NCBI GenBank assembly: GCA_041743865.1
Contig: JBGTLY010000030.1
Location: 8,410-72,409, forward strand
Reading direction: 5' to 3'
Length of the DNA stretch: 64,000 bases
Source of the DNA: Woeseiaceae bacterium
GTDB lineage: Bacteria; Pseudomonadota; Gammaproteobacteria; Steroidobacterales; Woeseiaceae
Shown here: piece after piece, positions 9,700 through 19,417 of the stretch
Layout: each line of letters opens with the position of its first letter
Numbering within the stretch: the first letter of the stretch is position 1
Notes under the pieces: generated by a model
What the model was told of the DNA's origin: nothing
What the model saw: the letters and a program-made list of their open reading frames with translations, nothing else
The model's database searches: none
Program-made: the position numbers and the translations under genes

Positions 9700-10224
9700 A
9701 TGTCACACTTGAAACTCATTTTCCTGGTCCTGGGTGTCGCGTCGATCGCGGCCTGCGGCAAAAATACCGTGCCGGATCCCGAGCCTGCGGAAACGGTGTA
9801 CAACGACGAACCCGCCGCCGACGAGGGATGGGAAACCGCAGGCGGGCAGGATGGGGAAGACGTCGGCTGGAACCAGGACCCGACCGCGGGAGAGCTCGCG
9901 AACGTGATCTACTTCGAGTTCGATTCCGCCGAAGTTCGCGCTGACGACACGGAGATCGTTTCCCGGCATGCGCTGCAACTGGCGGAGAACCCGTCGTCGC
10001 GGGTTCGCCTCGAAGGACACGCGGACGAACGCGGGTCCCGGGAGTACAATATCGGCCTCGGTGAGCGCCGGGCTCAGGCCGTTCGGCGCCTGCTCCTGAT
10101 TCAGGGTGCGACGGCCGAACAAATCGCAACGGTGAGTTTCGGGGAGGAACGACCGGCTGTCGAAGGCAGCACGGAAGAAGCCTACGAGATGAATCGCCGG
10201 GTCGAGCTGCGCTACACCAACTGA
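9700..10224 (+). CDS. pal: peptidoglycan-associated lipoprotein Pal (OmpA-like C-terminal domain)
   Basis: Lipobox LGVASIAAC. OmpA-like domain with YFEFDSAEV, LEGHADERGSREYNIGLGERRA and NRRVEL. Confidence 0.94.
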   Translation: MSHLKLIFLVLGVASIAACGKNTVPDPEPAETVYNDEPAADEGWETAGGQDGEDVGWNQDPTAGELANVIYFEFDSAEVRADDTEIVSRHALQLAENPSSRVRLEGHADERGSREYNIGLGERRAQAVRRLLLIQGATAEQIATVSFGEERPAVEGSTEEAYEMNRRVELRYTN

Positions 10225-10237
10225 GCCGGATCTACCG

Positions 10238-11008
10238 ATGAATCGGAGTCATTGCAATCTTATTGTCGCGTTGTTGCCGCTGCTGGTGGCAGGCTGCGCC
10301 ACGCCTCCGAAGGAGGATCCGGTACTCATCAAGCTCGACGAGATGGACCGGCGCCTCACGTCGATCGAGCGCGTCATCCACAACCAGAGCCTCGTCGACC
10401 TGTCGCAGGAAGTCGCTTCACTCGAACGTCGTGCCGATGAGTTGCTCGGTTTCGCGCAGACGCTCGAGCACAATGCAGCGACCACAACAGAACGGCAGAG
10501 AGATCTTTACAACGGCCTGGATGCACGCCTGCAGGCTCTCGAAATGCGACTCGATAGTACGGAAGACCCTGGCGTGATGGACGGCGGCAGCCTCGCACCG
10601 GGCCAGCTGCCCGTGCCCGGCGGTTCCGAAGATGTGAACTACCGCGCTGCCTTCGAACTGGTCAAGGAACAGCGTTACGATGAGGCAGAGACAGCCTTTC
10701 GTGAATTCCTCGAGTCGTTTCCCGACAGCACGAACGCACCGAATGCACGGTACTGGCTCGGGGAGACCTACTATGTACGGCAGGAGTTCGAGGCAGCGTT
10801 GGAGTCTTTCGAGACGGTCGTCGAAGAGTATCCGACGTCCCGGAAGGTCGTGGATGCGCTATTGAAAATCGGCTATTGCAACTATGAGCTAGAGCGCTGG
10901 GATGCCGCCAAGTCGGCCCTGGTGCGCGTGCAATCCGAGTACCCGGACACGACCGCCGCGCGACTCGCCGGCCAGCGTCTCGAACGCATGCAAACAGAGG
11001 GCGTGTAG
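10238..11008 (+). CDS. cpoB: cell division coordinator CpoB (YbgF), TPR protein
   Basis: Lipobox-like signal LLVAGC, an N-terminal coiled coil, and C-terminal TPR repeats (YWLGETYYVRQEFEAALESFETVVEEYPTSRKVVDALLKIGYC). It is the last gene of the tol-pal cluster. Confidence 0.88.
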   Translation: MNRSHCNLIVALLPLLVAGCATPPKEDPVLIKLDEMDRRLTSIERVIHNQSLVDLSQEVASLERRADELLGFAQTLEHNAATTTERQRDLYNGLDARLQALEMRLDSTEDPGVMDGGSLAPGQLPVPGGSEDVNYRAAFELVKEQRYDEAETAFREFLESFPDSTNAPNARYWLGETYYVRQEFEAALESFETVVEEYPTSRKVVDALLKIGYCNYELERWDAAKSALVRVQSEYPDTTAARLAGQRLERMQTEGV

Positions 11009-11032
11009 CGCCGTTCGTGGCCGTAGGGGCCG

Positions 11033-11062
11033 TTGTGTCATTTGGGACCGATCCGGTATCAT
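11033..11062 (+). promoter_or_regulatory. putative sigma70 promoter for tRNA-Lys (TTGTGT-18-TATCAT)
   Basis: TTGTGT at 11033..11038 and TATCAT at 11057..11062. A GC-rich discriminator-like stretch (GCCGCCGGCC) follows. About 44 nt upstream of the tRNA. Confidence 0.3.
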
Positions 11063-11105
11063 GCCGCCGGCCTGACGGGGCGGCTGGCCGACCTGCAGGT
11101 CTTGC

Positions 11106-11180
11106 GGGGCGTTAGCTCAGAGGTAGAGCATTCGGCTTTTAACCGACTGGTCGTAGGTTCGAATCCTACACGCCCCACCA
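11106..11180 (+). tRNA. tRNA-Lys (anticodon UUU), CCA encoded
   Basis: Folded by hand. Acceptor GGGGCGT/ACGCCCC, D arm GCTC/GAGC, anticodon loop CTTTTAA, T arm GTAGG-TTCGAAT-CCTAC, then ACCA. Close to my recollection of E. coli lysT. Same position after cpoB as in E. coli. Confidence 0.95.
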
Positions 11181-11293
11181 TCTCTCCTTCATCAGTCGGC
11201 CACGCCCCATTAATTTCAAATAAAACAGGCGACTCCGGCGCGAGCTGTCGCTATCATTGCGCGTTTTTTGATGCGGCGACAGAAGAGCCCCAC

Positions 11294-13780
11294 GTGATCG
11301 GAAAGCCTTGGAAAATTCATAAGTTTGGCGGCAGCAGCCTGGCCGATGCGGAGTGTTTTCGGCGGGTCGCCGGCCTGGTACTGGAGCGCGCGGAAGACCG
11401 GCTCGGCATCGTTGTATCGGCCATGGGCGGAATGACCGATGCCCTGCTGGGCCTCGCAGTATTGGCAGAACAGGACGATGACGCTTATATCGGCCGGCTC
11501 GATGCGATCGGCCGGCGGTATGCAGATACGGCAGAAGTACTGCTGGACGGAAAGCGACGAGCTGAAGTGCTCGACGCCTGGGCGGCGGATGCAGAGGATA
11601 TCCGTGATGTTCTGAAGGCGATCTCGCTCGTTCGTTCGGCACCGCAGCGAAGTCGGGACGTCGTCGCCGGCTACGGCGAAATCTGGTCGGCACGGCTACT
11701 CGCCGCCCTGCTCGCCATCCTCGATCCGGCACGCTGCGGCCGCTGGATCGACGCGCGGGAGGTGCTGATCGTCCGCCAGGCCGAACTCGGCCCTACCGTA
11801 CTCTGGGATCAGTCGCGGGAGCGCTTCGAGCACGTCGTCGAGCCTGATTTCACCGGGATCGTGGTGATCACCGGCTTTATCGCAACGGATGAGGAGGGAC
11901 TGCAGACTACGCTCGGGCGCAATGGCAGCGACTTTTCGGCGGCGATATTCGCGGCACTCTGTGATGCGGACGAACTCAGCATCTGGACCGACGTCGACGG
12001 GATCATGAGTGCCGACCCGAATCGCGTGCCCGAGGCGAGGGTCATCGAGCGGATGACCTACAACGAAGCGATGGAGCTCGCCTACTTCGGCGCCAAGGTG
12101 ATTCATCCGCAGACGCTCGGGCCTGTCATCGCAAATCACATACCAGTCATCATTCGAAACAGCCGCAACCCTGCGCACCCGGGCAGCCGCATCGACAGCG
12201 ATCCGGACTCCAGGAACGCGATAAAAGGTATTACGGCGATTGGCGGGCTCGCGCTGGTAAACGTGGAAGGTGCGGGCATGATCGGCGTGCCGGGTACGGC
12301 CGAGCGCCTGTTTCGTGCTCTTCATGATGCCGGGGTATCGGTAACCCTGATTTCCCAGGCAAGTTCCGAACATTCCATTTGTGTCGCAGTACCGGGCTTT
12401 TTGGCAGAACGGGCCCGCGGCGTCGTGGCGGCCGCCTTTGCCGAGGAACTCGAGAGCGGCCAGATACAGAAGGTAGACGTTACGGAATCCCAGAGCATCG
12501 TAGCCGTGGTCGGTGATGGAATGGCCGGCACGCCGGGGGTTGCAGCGCGCTTCTTCGGGACGCTGGGCCGTGCAGGTATCAACATTCGTGCCATCGCACA
12601 GGGTTCATCGGAACGGAATATTTCCGCCGTTGTCGATTCGGAAGAAGCGACCCGGGCGCTGCGGGCGGCACATTCCGGCTTCTACCTGTCGGCGAAGACG
12701 CTGTCTATCGGGTTGATCGGGCCCGGCACGGTGGGGCGGACCTTACTCAGACAACTCGACCGGCAGGCTGCACGACTGGAGCGCGATTTCAATCTCGACC
12801 TGCGAGTCCGGGCGATAGCACGCTCGACGTCGATGCTGTTCGCTGATCGGCGGATCAGGCTCGATCGCTGGGAGGAAGACTTCGCAGAGCAGGCAATCGA
12901 TATCGATTTCGCCGCGTTCGAAAAGCACATCAACCCTGATCACCTTCCTCATGCTGTAGTCATTGACTGCACTGCAAGCCCGCAGATTGCCGCACGGTAT
13001 GCCGGCTGGCTCGCAGGCGGCATAAACATCATCACGCCGAACAAGAAGGCCTTCAGCGGACCTCTCGAGGCTTACAAGGAACTCGGGCACAAGGCAAAGC
13101 AGGGGAGTTCGCACTATTTTTATGAGACAACGGTCGGCGCCGCATTACCGATTATATCCACGCTGCGGGACCTGATCGATACCGGCGATGAGATCTACTC
13201 AGTGCAAGGCATACTCTCCGGAACGCTCGCGTATCTGTTCAATGTTTACGACGGGACGCGTCCGTTTTCGGATATTGTTCGTCACGCAAAAATCAGCGGT
13301 TATACCGAGCCGGACCCGCGGGACGATTTGTCGGGAATGGACGTGGCGCGCAAGCTGACTATTCTCGCGCGTGAACTCGGCAAACCACTCGAAATCGGTG
13401 ATTTCCCTGTACAGAATCTCGTTCCGGAGGCCCTGCGCGCTGTCAGCATCGATGAATTTCTGGACCGGTTGCGTGACTACGATGCCGACATCGAAACCCT
13501 GTACGAACGGGCACGGGCGGGTGGCAAGAAACTCCGCTATGTTGCCCGGCTCGGAATCGACGGCCAGGCCGGTGTGGGGCTCGAGGCGGTCGACGCCGCC
13601 CACCCGTTCAGCAACATCAACCTGACCGACAATATCGTCCAGTTCGAGTCCGCTCGCTACGCCGACAATCCCCTGGTCATCCAGGGGCCGGGAGCCGGAC
13701 CCGAAGTGACGGCGGGTGGTGTCTTCAGTGACCTGCTGCGGCTTGCCAGTTTCCTGAGTTCCGGGCATGGCCATGGCTGA
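11294..13780 (+). CDS. thrA: bifunctional aspartokinase / homoserine dehydrogenase I
   Basis: ORF 11033..13780 runs through the tRNA gene, so it was trimmed to in-frame GTG 11294 (VIGKPWKIHKFGGSSLAD, the aspartokinase KFGG motif). ACT domains in the middle. C-terminal homoserine dehydrogenase (IGLIGPGTVGRTLL NAD-binding motif). Confidence 0.92.
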   Translation: MIGKPWKIHKFGGSSLADAECFRRVAGLVLERAEDRLGIVVSAMGGMTDALLGLAVLAEQDDDAYIGRLDAIGRRYADTAEVLLDGKRRAEVLDAWAADAEDIRDVLKAISLVRSAPQRSRDVVAGYGEIWSARLLAALLAILDPARCGRWIDAREVLIVRQAELGPTVLWDQSRERFEHVVEPDFTGIVVITGFIATDEEGLQTTLGRNGSDFSAAIFAALCDADELSIWTDVDGIMSADPNRVPEARVIERMTYNEAMELAYFGAKVIHPQTLGPVIANHIPVIIRNSRNPAHPGSRIDSDPDSRNAIKGITAIGGLALVNVEGAGMIGVPGTAERLFRALHDAGVSVTLISQASSEHSICVAVPGFLAERARGVVAAAFAEELESGQIQKVDVTESQSIVAVVGDGMAGTPGVAARFFGTLGRAGINIRAIAQGSSERNISAVVDSEEATRALRAAHSGFYLSAKTLSIGLIGPGTVGRTLLRQLDRQAARLERDFNLDLRVRAIARSTSMLFADRRIRLDRWEEDFAEQAIDIDFAAFEKHINPDHLPHAVVIDCTASPQIAARYAGWLAGGINIITPNKKAFSGPLEAYKELGHKAKQGSSHYFYETTVGAALPIISTLRDLIDTGDEIYSVQGILSGTLAYLFNVYDGTRPFSDIVRHAKISGYTEPDPRDDLSGMDVARKLTILARELGKPLEIGDFPVQNLVPEALRAVSIDEFLDRLRDYDADIETLYERARAGGKKLRYVARLGIDGQAGVGLEAVDAAHPFSNINLTDNIVQFESARYADNPLVIQGPGAGPEVTAGGVFSDLLRLASFLSSGHGHG

Positions 13781-14714
13781 GCAGAGCATAGCGTTCGCAC
13801 CGGCGTCCATAGGCAACGTAGCAGTCGGGTTCGACATGCTGGGGCTCGCACTCGAGGACGTCGGTGACTGGGTCGAGGCACGACTCTGCAACAGTGAGGG
13901 AATTTCGATCGACAAGGTCTACGGCCTGACAGGCGAGGTGCACCCGTACCTGTCGCCCGACCCCTTGCGCAACACGGCCTCGATCGCGGCGCAGAGTTTC
14001 TGGGCGGTGCACGGCGATGCGCCGGGCGCGGTCCTGACGATTCGCAAAGGCGTACCGCTGCAGTCTGGCATGGGCAGCTCCGCTGCATCGGCGGTGGCCG
14101 CCGTAGTGGCAGTCAATGGGTTGCTGGCCGAGCCCCGGCCGATGCATGAACTCCTCCCTTTCGCTCTCGAGGGCGAACGGTTCGCAAGTGGCGGAGTGCA
14201 CGCCGACAATGTCGCGCCGAGCTTGCTGGGTGGCCTCGTACTCTGCCCCGCTGAACTGTTGCCCGACACGGTCAAACTGCCTGTGCCGAGTGGGATCAAC
14301 GCGGTCCTCCTGCATCCCGAACTCCAGGTCAATACGGCGCAGGCGCGGAAGTCACTCCGGAAGCACTACGCCATGTCGGAGTGGCTCGAACAGCAGGCAT
14401 ACCTCGCCTTGTTCATTGCCGCCTGCGCTGCCGACGATCACCAGCTGATTCGCCGCTCACTCAAGGATGTTCTCATCGAGCCGCAGCGAAGAGCGGCGGT
14501 GCCCTGTTTTCCGGCAGTAAGTGAGGCCGCGATGCAGGCCGGTGCCCTGGGTTGCAGCCTGTCGGGCAGCGGGCCCAGCATATTTGCATGGACGCCAAGC
14601 TCGCAGGCGCGTAATACGGCCATCGCGATGGAGCAGGCCTGTCGCCGGCAGGGCATTGCCTGCCAGTCATGGGTGAGTTCACTGGCGGCGGGCGGTGCGC
14701 GGCTGGAGCGCTGA
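13767..14714 (+). CDS. thrB: homoserine kinase (GHMP kinase family)
   Basis: APASIGNVAVGFDMLG N-terminus and the GHMP motif PLQSGMGSSAASAVA. Overlaps the thrA stop by 14 nt. Lies between thrA and thrC. Confidence 0.9.
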   Translation: MAMAEQSIAFAPASIGNVAVGFDMLGLALEDVGDWVEARLCNSEGISIDKVYGLTGEVHPYLSPDPLRNTASIAAQSFWAVHGDAPGAVLTIRKGVPLQSGMGSSAASAVAAVVAVNGLLAEPRPMHELLPFALEGERFASGGVHADNVAPSLLGGLVLCPAELLPDTVKLPVPSGINAVLLHPELQVNTAQARKSLRKHYAMSEWLEQQAYLALFIAACAADDHQLIRRSLKDVLIEPQRRAAVPCFPAVSEAAMQAGALGCSLSGSGPSIFAWTPSSQARNTAIAMEQACRRQGIACQSWVSSLAAGGARLER

Positions 14715-14715
14715 C

Positions 14716-16014
14716 ATGCGTTACATCAGCACCCGGGGCGAGGGCCCGGTCACGCTGGACCAGGCGCTCGTTCGCGGCATTGCCGCCGACGGCGGCCTGT
14801 ACCTGCCCGACGTCCTGCCGACCTTCGTCCCCGAAGATTTCGCCGGTGCTCCGTCGCTATCGGCGGTTGCGCAAGTACTGCTTGCGCCGTTCTTTGCGGG
14901 TTCGGTACTGGCACCGGATCTCGACGCCATCCTCGCCGAGACCTTTCATTTCCCCATTCCGGAAACCGTGCTGCCGGGCCGGCGCTCGCTGCTCGAGCTG
15001 TATCACGGGCCGACGGCGGCGTTCAAGGACGTCGGGGCCGGCTTCCTTGCGGCTTGCCTGACCCGGCTCCAGGGCGACGTCGCAGATCCGCTGACGATTC
15101 TCGTAGCGACCTCCGGCGATACCGGTGGTGCCGTCGCCGCGGCGTTCGACGAGCGTCCGGGCATGCGCGTCGTAATCCTGTTTCCCGACGGCCGTGTGTC
15201 GGACCGGCAGGCACAACAACTGAGTTGCTGGAGCGACAACGTCCTGTCCCTCAGAGTCGACGGCCGCTTCGACGACTGCCAGTCGCTCGTCAAGCGCGCT
15301 CTGCGCGACGGCAAACTGACCGGGCGATTCCGGTTCAGTTCTGCGAACAGCATCAATATCGGCCGATTGCTGCCGCAAGCGATCTACTATGCCGACGCCG
15401 CGCTGCGGCACTACCGGGCAAGCGGCACGTATGCGGGCTTCGTCATTCCAACCGGCAACCTGGGCAATGCCCTGGCGTGCCTGTTGGCGCGGGAGATGGG
15501 ATTGCCGATCGGCCCGGTGCTGCTTGCGACAAACGCGAACCGGACCCTGCCCGACTACCTCGAAACGGGAGAGTGGCGGCCACGCGAAAGCGTGGCTACG
15601 CATGCCTCCGCCATGGATGTCGGCGACCCCAGTAACATGGAACGTCTGCGGGCCGTGCTGGGTGACGCCGCGCTCCTTCGCGATCGGCTGAACGTCGTAT
15701 CGATCGGTGACCGGCAAATTGAAGAAGAATTGGCCATGGCGTACAACGAATTCGGTTTCGCAATCTGTCCGCACACGGCCACCGCATCGCGGGCCTGGCG
15801 GGAGATGAGTTGTTCAGAACGGGACTCCGTCCACTGGATACTTGTTGCGACCGCCCACCCCGCAAAGTTCGAGACCATCGTCGAACCGCTGATCGGTGCC
15901 GTTGTTCCGGTGCCGCCGGAACTGGCTGCTATACTCTCGCGACCCCGCCGAAGTACCCGGATCGAGCCGACGCTCGATGCTTTTTCGGCGGCACTCGAGC
16001 ATGCTTTCGGCTGA
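14716..16014 (+). CDS. thrC: threonine synthase
   Basis: ORF 14695..16014 trimmed to ATG 14716 (MRYISTRGEG), 1 nt after the thrB stop. PLP-lysine region HGPTAAFKDVG. Confidence 0.93.
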   Translation: MRYISTRGEGPVTLDQALVRGIAADGGLYLPDVLPTFVPEDFAGAPSLSAVAQVLLAPFFAGSVLAPDLDAILAETFHFPIPETVLPGRRSLLELYHGPTAAFKDVGAGFLAACLTRLQGDVADPLTILVATSGDTGGAVAAAFDERPGMRVVILFPDGRVSDRQAQQLSCWSDNVLSLRVDGRFDDCQSLVKRALRDGKLTGRFRFSSANSINIGRLLPQAIYYADAALRHYRASGTYAGFVIPTGNLGNALACLLAREMGLPIGPVLLATNANRTLPDYLETGEWRPRESVATHASAMDVGDPSNMERLRAVLGDAALLRDRLNVVSIGDRQIEEELAMAYNEFGFAICPHTATASRAWREMSCSERDSVHWILVATAHPAKFETIVEPLIGAVVPVPPELAAILSRPRRSTRIEPTLDAFSAALEHAFG

Positions 16015-16019
16015 GATCG

Positions 16020-16589
16020 ATGGAGAAGATCCTGAACTGGGAATACCTGCCCTGGGCCGTTGCTGCCCTGGCACTGCTGCTGCTCGGTTCTGCCTGGTAT
16101 CGATACCGGCATCGCGGTACGCGGCTCGAGCAGGTATTGGACACCATCGGTTTCGACCGGGTCAGAAATCTCGTCCTGCCGAACGGTGACGATGGCGAAA
16201 TTCTGATTGACCAGCTGTTGCTGACCGCCAAGGGCCTCTTGATTCTCGAGATCAAGGATGTGGCCGGCACCGTATTTGGCAGCGACAAAATGCAGGACTG
16301 GACCGTCATCGCTGCCGATCGACGCTTTACGTTTCCGAACCCTCAGCCAGGCCTGTACGACCGTATCGCCGCCGTGCGTGAAGTCGTGCGTCAGGTCCCG
16401 GTCGCCGGCCGCGTGCTGTTTCTCGACGGCGCGCAGTTTCCGAAAGGCATCCCCGATATGGTGGTCACGCTGGACGATCTTGCGGCGCAGTTCGGGGAGC
16501 ACAACGAAATATCTGCGACGGTGAAGGTCGAAGCGTTCAAGCCGCACTGGGAAGTCGTCAAGAAACGCGCGTTACCGGCTCCACGATAA
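16020..16589 (+). CDS. membrane-anchored NERD (nuclease-related) domain protein
   Basis: ORF 15810..16589 trimmed to ATG 16020, 5 nt after the thrC stop. N-terminal TM helix (LPWAVAALALLLLGSAWY) followed by a NERD-like core (IDQLLLTAKGLLILEIKDVAGTVFG). Confidence 0.7.
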   Translation: MEKILNWEYLPWAVAALALLLLGSAWYRYRHRGTRLEQVLDTIGFDRVRNLVLPNGDDGEILIDQLLLTAKGLLILEIKDVAGTVFGSDKMQDWTVIAADRRFTFPNPQPGLYDRIAAVREVVRQVPVAGRVLFLDGAQFPKGIPDMVVTLDDLAAQFGEHNEISATVKVEAFKPHWEVVKKRALPAPR

Positions 16590-16689
16590 AATCGGTCGGG
16601 GTGCGCATTTGCGGCGGCAGCCGCAACTCACCGCTCTCGGGCGGGACGTCTTTGGCGCAGGATATGCCTCGTTGGCGGGCAGACGTTTT

Positions 16690-17505
16690 TCAAGCGGCAC
16701 ACCCTGTTGCCGGGGCGAACCCGAAGAACCGCCGGGCATTGTCGCTTGTCACGCGCGCGAGATGCGTTACGTCCTGATTCCGTGCCTTTGCAATGACGCG
16801 CAGGATCTCGGGAAGGAAGGCCGGCTCGTTCCGGCGGGATGCCAGCCGGGGCACGAGTGTGCGTGGCAGAAGGTAGGGCGCGTCAGTCTCGATGAGCAAA
16901 CGGTCGTCGGGAATCCTGCTGACGATGTCATACAACGACCGGCCGCGCCGTTCGTCGGCGATCCAGCCCGTAATGCCGATGTATAGACCCATCGCGAGGT
17001 ACGTATCGAGCGCGTGCACATCGCCGGTGAAACAGTGGGCGACGGCACGAGTCAGTGTCGTAAGCACCGGCTCCAGTACCGCAACGAAATCTTCATGTGC
17101 GTCACGCTGGTGCAGGAAAACCGGCTGGCCGCTTTGAACCGCGATGTCCAGTTGCACCCGGAACGCATCCAGCTGGGCGTGCCGTGGTGATAGGTTGCGG
17201 TAGTAATCGAGGCCGCACTCGCCAACGGCGACACACTCTTCAATGCCAGCAAAGCTCCGGATCTGTGCCTCGATGCGGGAATCAAACGCACTGGCATAAT
17301 GCGGATGCAGTCCGGCGGTGGCGTAGAGATATCCCGGGTACTGGCGGGCAAGTGCCAGGGCCCGTGCATTGCTGTCATAGCTGCTACCCGTGACGATTAT
17401 CCGGGTCACCCGTGCCCGTACCGCACGATCGAGAACGGCGTCGAGATCGTCCCCGAAGCTGTCGTGAGCGAGGTTCGCGCCGATGTCGATGAGCGTGGGG
17501 TCCAC
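16690..17505 (-). CDS. tatD: TatD family metal-dependent 3'-5' exonuclease/hydrolase
   Basis: Collinear with E. coli TatD as I recall it: IDIGANL, AGLHPH, GECGLDY, HQRDAHEDF, HCFTG, IGITGWIADERRG, ETDAPYLLPR, SRRNEPA. Confidence 0.87.
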   Translation of the reverse strand: MDPTLIDIGANLAHDSFGDDLDAVLDRAVRARVTRIIVTGSSYDSNARALALARQYPGYLYATAGLHPHYASAFDSRIEAQIRSFAGIEECVAVGECGLDYYRNLSPRHAQLDAFRVQLDIAVQSGQPVFLHQRDAHEDFVAVLEPVLTTLTRAVAHCFTGDVHALDTYLAMGLYIGITGWIADERRGRSLYDIVSRIPDDRLLIETDAPYLLPRTLVPRLASRRNEPAFLPEILRVIAKARNQDVTHLARVTSDNARRFFGFAPATGCAA

Positions 17506-17508
17506 GGC

Positions 17509-18528
17509 TTAACGCGGCGTCCAGCGAAATATTGCGGCGCCTGCGGCGAGAAACAGCACGCTCATCAGGAGCAGCAGCAAAATAGTGGGCAGTACAGTGG
17601 CCAGCGTCGCGCCGTCCAGCATAACCGCACGGGCGGCGTCGAGTATGTGTGTGAGCGGGAAGATACGCGCGAGGTTGCGCACGAAATCGCCTGCGCCTTC
17701 GAGCGAAAACCACACGCCGGACAGGATCATCATCGGCCAGGTGATCATGTTGAGCAGGCCCCCGGCGAGCTCTTCGCTGGTCACCCGCGCTGCAATGAGG
17801 AGACCGAGCGAAATGAGCGACATTGCGCCTGCGACAGCAATCACGAACAGCAACAGGTAGCTTCCTTCCATGCGCGTGTCGAGCAGGAGGTGGGTACCCG
17901 CGTATACAAACGCGGTGATTGCCATGATGAGGATGAGTCGGGAGAATACCTGCGCCACGATGAATTCCCAGGGTCTCAGGGGCGTCGCGCGCAACCGTTT
18001 CAGGAAGCCGTTCTTGCGGTAACGCACGACGACGTAACCCACCCCGAAAAGGCAACTGAACATCATGTTCATGCCGAGGATACCGGGGAGTACCCAGTCC
18101 ACGTAGCGAATCGGTGCCCCAATGATTGGTTCCTTGACCGCCGGTGCGTCCGCAAGCGCCTGCAGGAGAACCCGTTCTGCGAAATAGCCTTTCGGGGAGT
18201 CCGGGTTGACCCAGTATCTGAGCGGTGGCCCGAATTCGACCAGCAGGTCGAGCTGATGATGTTCAACTTTGCGGAATGCGTCATTCTCGTCGCGAAACTC
18301 GACGAACTCGATGTAGTCGGTCTCCATGAATGGATGGCGGGCGGTGTCGGGCTCGTCGAGTGCGTCCAGCACACCGACGGTAAACTCGTTTTGCCCGCCA
18401 CCGCCAAAAACGAAGGCGAGTGCAAAGACCAGGATTACCGGCAGCACGATATTCCAGGTCAGGGTGCCACGGTCACGCAGGAATTCGCGATTACGCGCGG
18501 TGAACACGGCGAAGATACGTCCGAACAT
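17509..18528 (-). CDS. ABC-2 type transporter permease
   Basis: 339 aa. An N-terminal TM segment, a large loop, then five TM segments, as in the ABC-2 family. Immediately downstream of the ATPase gene. Confidence 0.8.
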   Translation of the reverse strand: MFGRIFAVFTARNREFLRDRGTLTWNIVLPVILVFALAFVFGGGGQNEFTVGVLDALDEPDTARHPFMETDYIEFVEFRDENDAFRKVEHHQLDLLVEFGPPLRYWVNPDSPKGYFAERVLLQALADAPAVKEPIIGAPIRYVDWVLPGILGMNMMFSCLFGVGYVVVRYRKNGFLKRLRATPLRPWEFIVAQVFSRLILIMAITAFVYAGTHLLLDTRMEGSYLLLFVIAVAGAMSLISLGLLIAARVTSEELAGGLLNMITWPMMILSGVWFSLEGAGDFVRNLARIFPLTHILDAARAVMLDGATLATVLPTILLLLLMSVLFLAAGAAIFRWTPR

Positions 18529-18532
18529 GCGC

Positions 18533-19417
18533 TCAGGCTCTCAGCAGGTGGCCGGTGAGATCGAGGAACAGGTCTTCGAGCGTCGGTTGGCGAATCTTTA
18601 TGCGGTTCAGGCTGTGCACTTCGGGGACTAGCATATGGATCGTCGCAGCGACGTCCACAGCAACGATTTCCACGAGCCCTGCCTCGTCAATCAGGCGGTG
18701 TTCGAGCGTCGCGAGATCGCCACGTATGTCCGCAACGGGGATCTCGATGATCAGTCCGGGGTAACGCTCCTGCAGCAGTTCGGCGGGGTTTCCCTGCGTG
18801 ATGATCCGGCCGCGATCCATGATCGCGATTTCGTCACAAAGAATCTGCGCTTCGTCCATATAGTGGGTCGTGAGGATGACCGTGGTGCCCTGGGTACGGA
18901 TCCGCTTCACGAGGTCCCAGAAGTTACGCCGTGCCTGGGGATCGAGGCCGGTCGTCGGTTCGTCGAGAAATACGAGGCGAGGTCGATTCACGAGAGCCAC
19001 TGCAAGGAACAGGCGTTGCCGCTGCCCGCCGGACAACTTGCGGTTGTCGCGATCGAGTAGCTCAGTCAGAGAGCACTCATCGATGATCGCGTTGATGTCC
19101 GCCCGCCGGTCGTACAGCCGGCTGAACATTTCCAAGGTCTCGCGCACCGTTATGTAGTCCTGCAATGCCGTCGCCTGGAACTGTATGCCGACCTCCTCGC
19201 GGAACCGGGTGCCCGCAGGCTCCCCGCGGTACCATACTTCTCCGGAGGTCGCCGTCATGACCCCTTCGATGATTTCCACGGTCGTGGTCTTGCCCGCGCC
19301 GTTCGGCCCGAGCAGCCCGAAACAGCGGCCTTCAGCCACGGTGAAGCTGACCCCGTCCACGGCAGTGACACCGGGGTACTGTTTGACCAGGTTGCGGGCC
19401 TCGAGGGCGGGGGGCAT
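18533..19417 (-). CDS. ABC transporter ATP-binding protein (ABC-2 subfamily)
   Basis: Walker A GPNGAGKTT, signature LSGGQRQR, Walker B LVFLDEPTTGLD, H-loop TTHYMDE. Confidence 0.92.
   Translation of the reverse strand: MPPALEARNLVKQYPGVTAVDGVSFTVAEGRCFGLLGPNGAGKTTTVEIIEGVMTATSGEVWYRGEPAGTRFREEVGIQFQATALQDYITVRETLEMFSRLYDRRADINAIIDECSLTELLDRDNRKLSGGQRQRLFLAVALVNRPRLVFLDEPTTGLDPQARRNFWDLVKRIRTQGTTVILTTHYMDEAQILCDEIAIMDRGRIITQGNPAELLQERYPGLIIEIPVADIRGDLATLEHRLIDEAGLVEIVAVDVAATIHMLVPEVHSLNRIKIRQPTLEDLFLDLTGHLLRA

Noticed and set aside
11033-11293. N-terminal 87 codons of the 915-aa track ORF for thrA
   Set aside because: This part of the frame runs straight through the tRNA-Lys gene (11106..11180) and its promoter. 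The conserved aspartokinase N-terminus begins at GTG 11294.
16609-16626. Hairpin TTGCGGC-GGCA-GCCGCAA between the convergent NERD and tatD genes as an intrinsic terminator
   Set aside because: The 7-bp stem is real, but no U-run follows on either strand. There is not enough to call a terminator.
17299-18558. 419-aa plus-strand ORF opposite the ABC-2 permease and tatD
   Set aside because: It is antisense to two well-supported genes and spans their junction. It has no recognisable domain.
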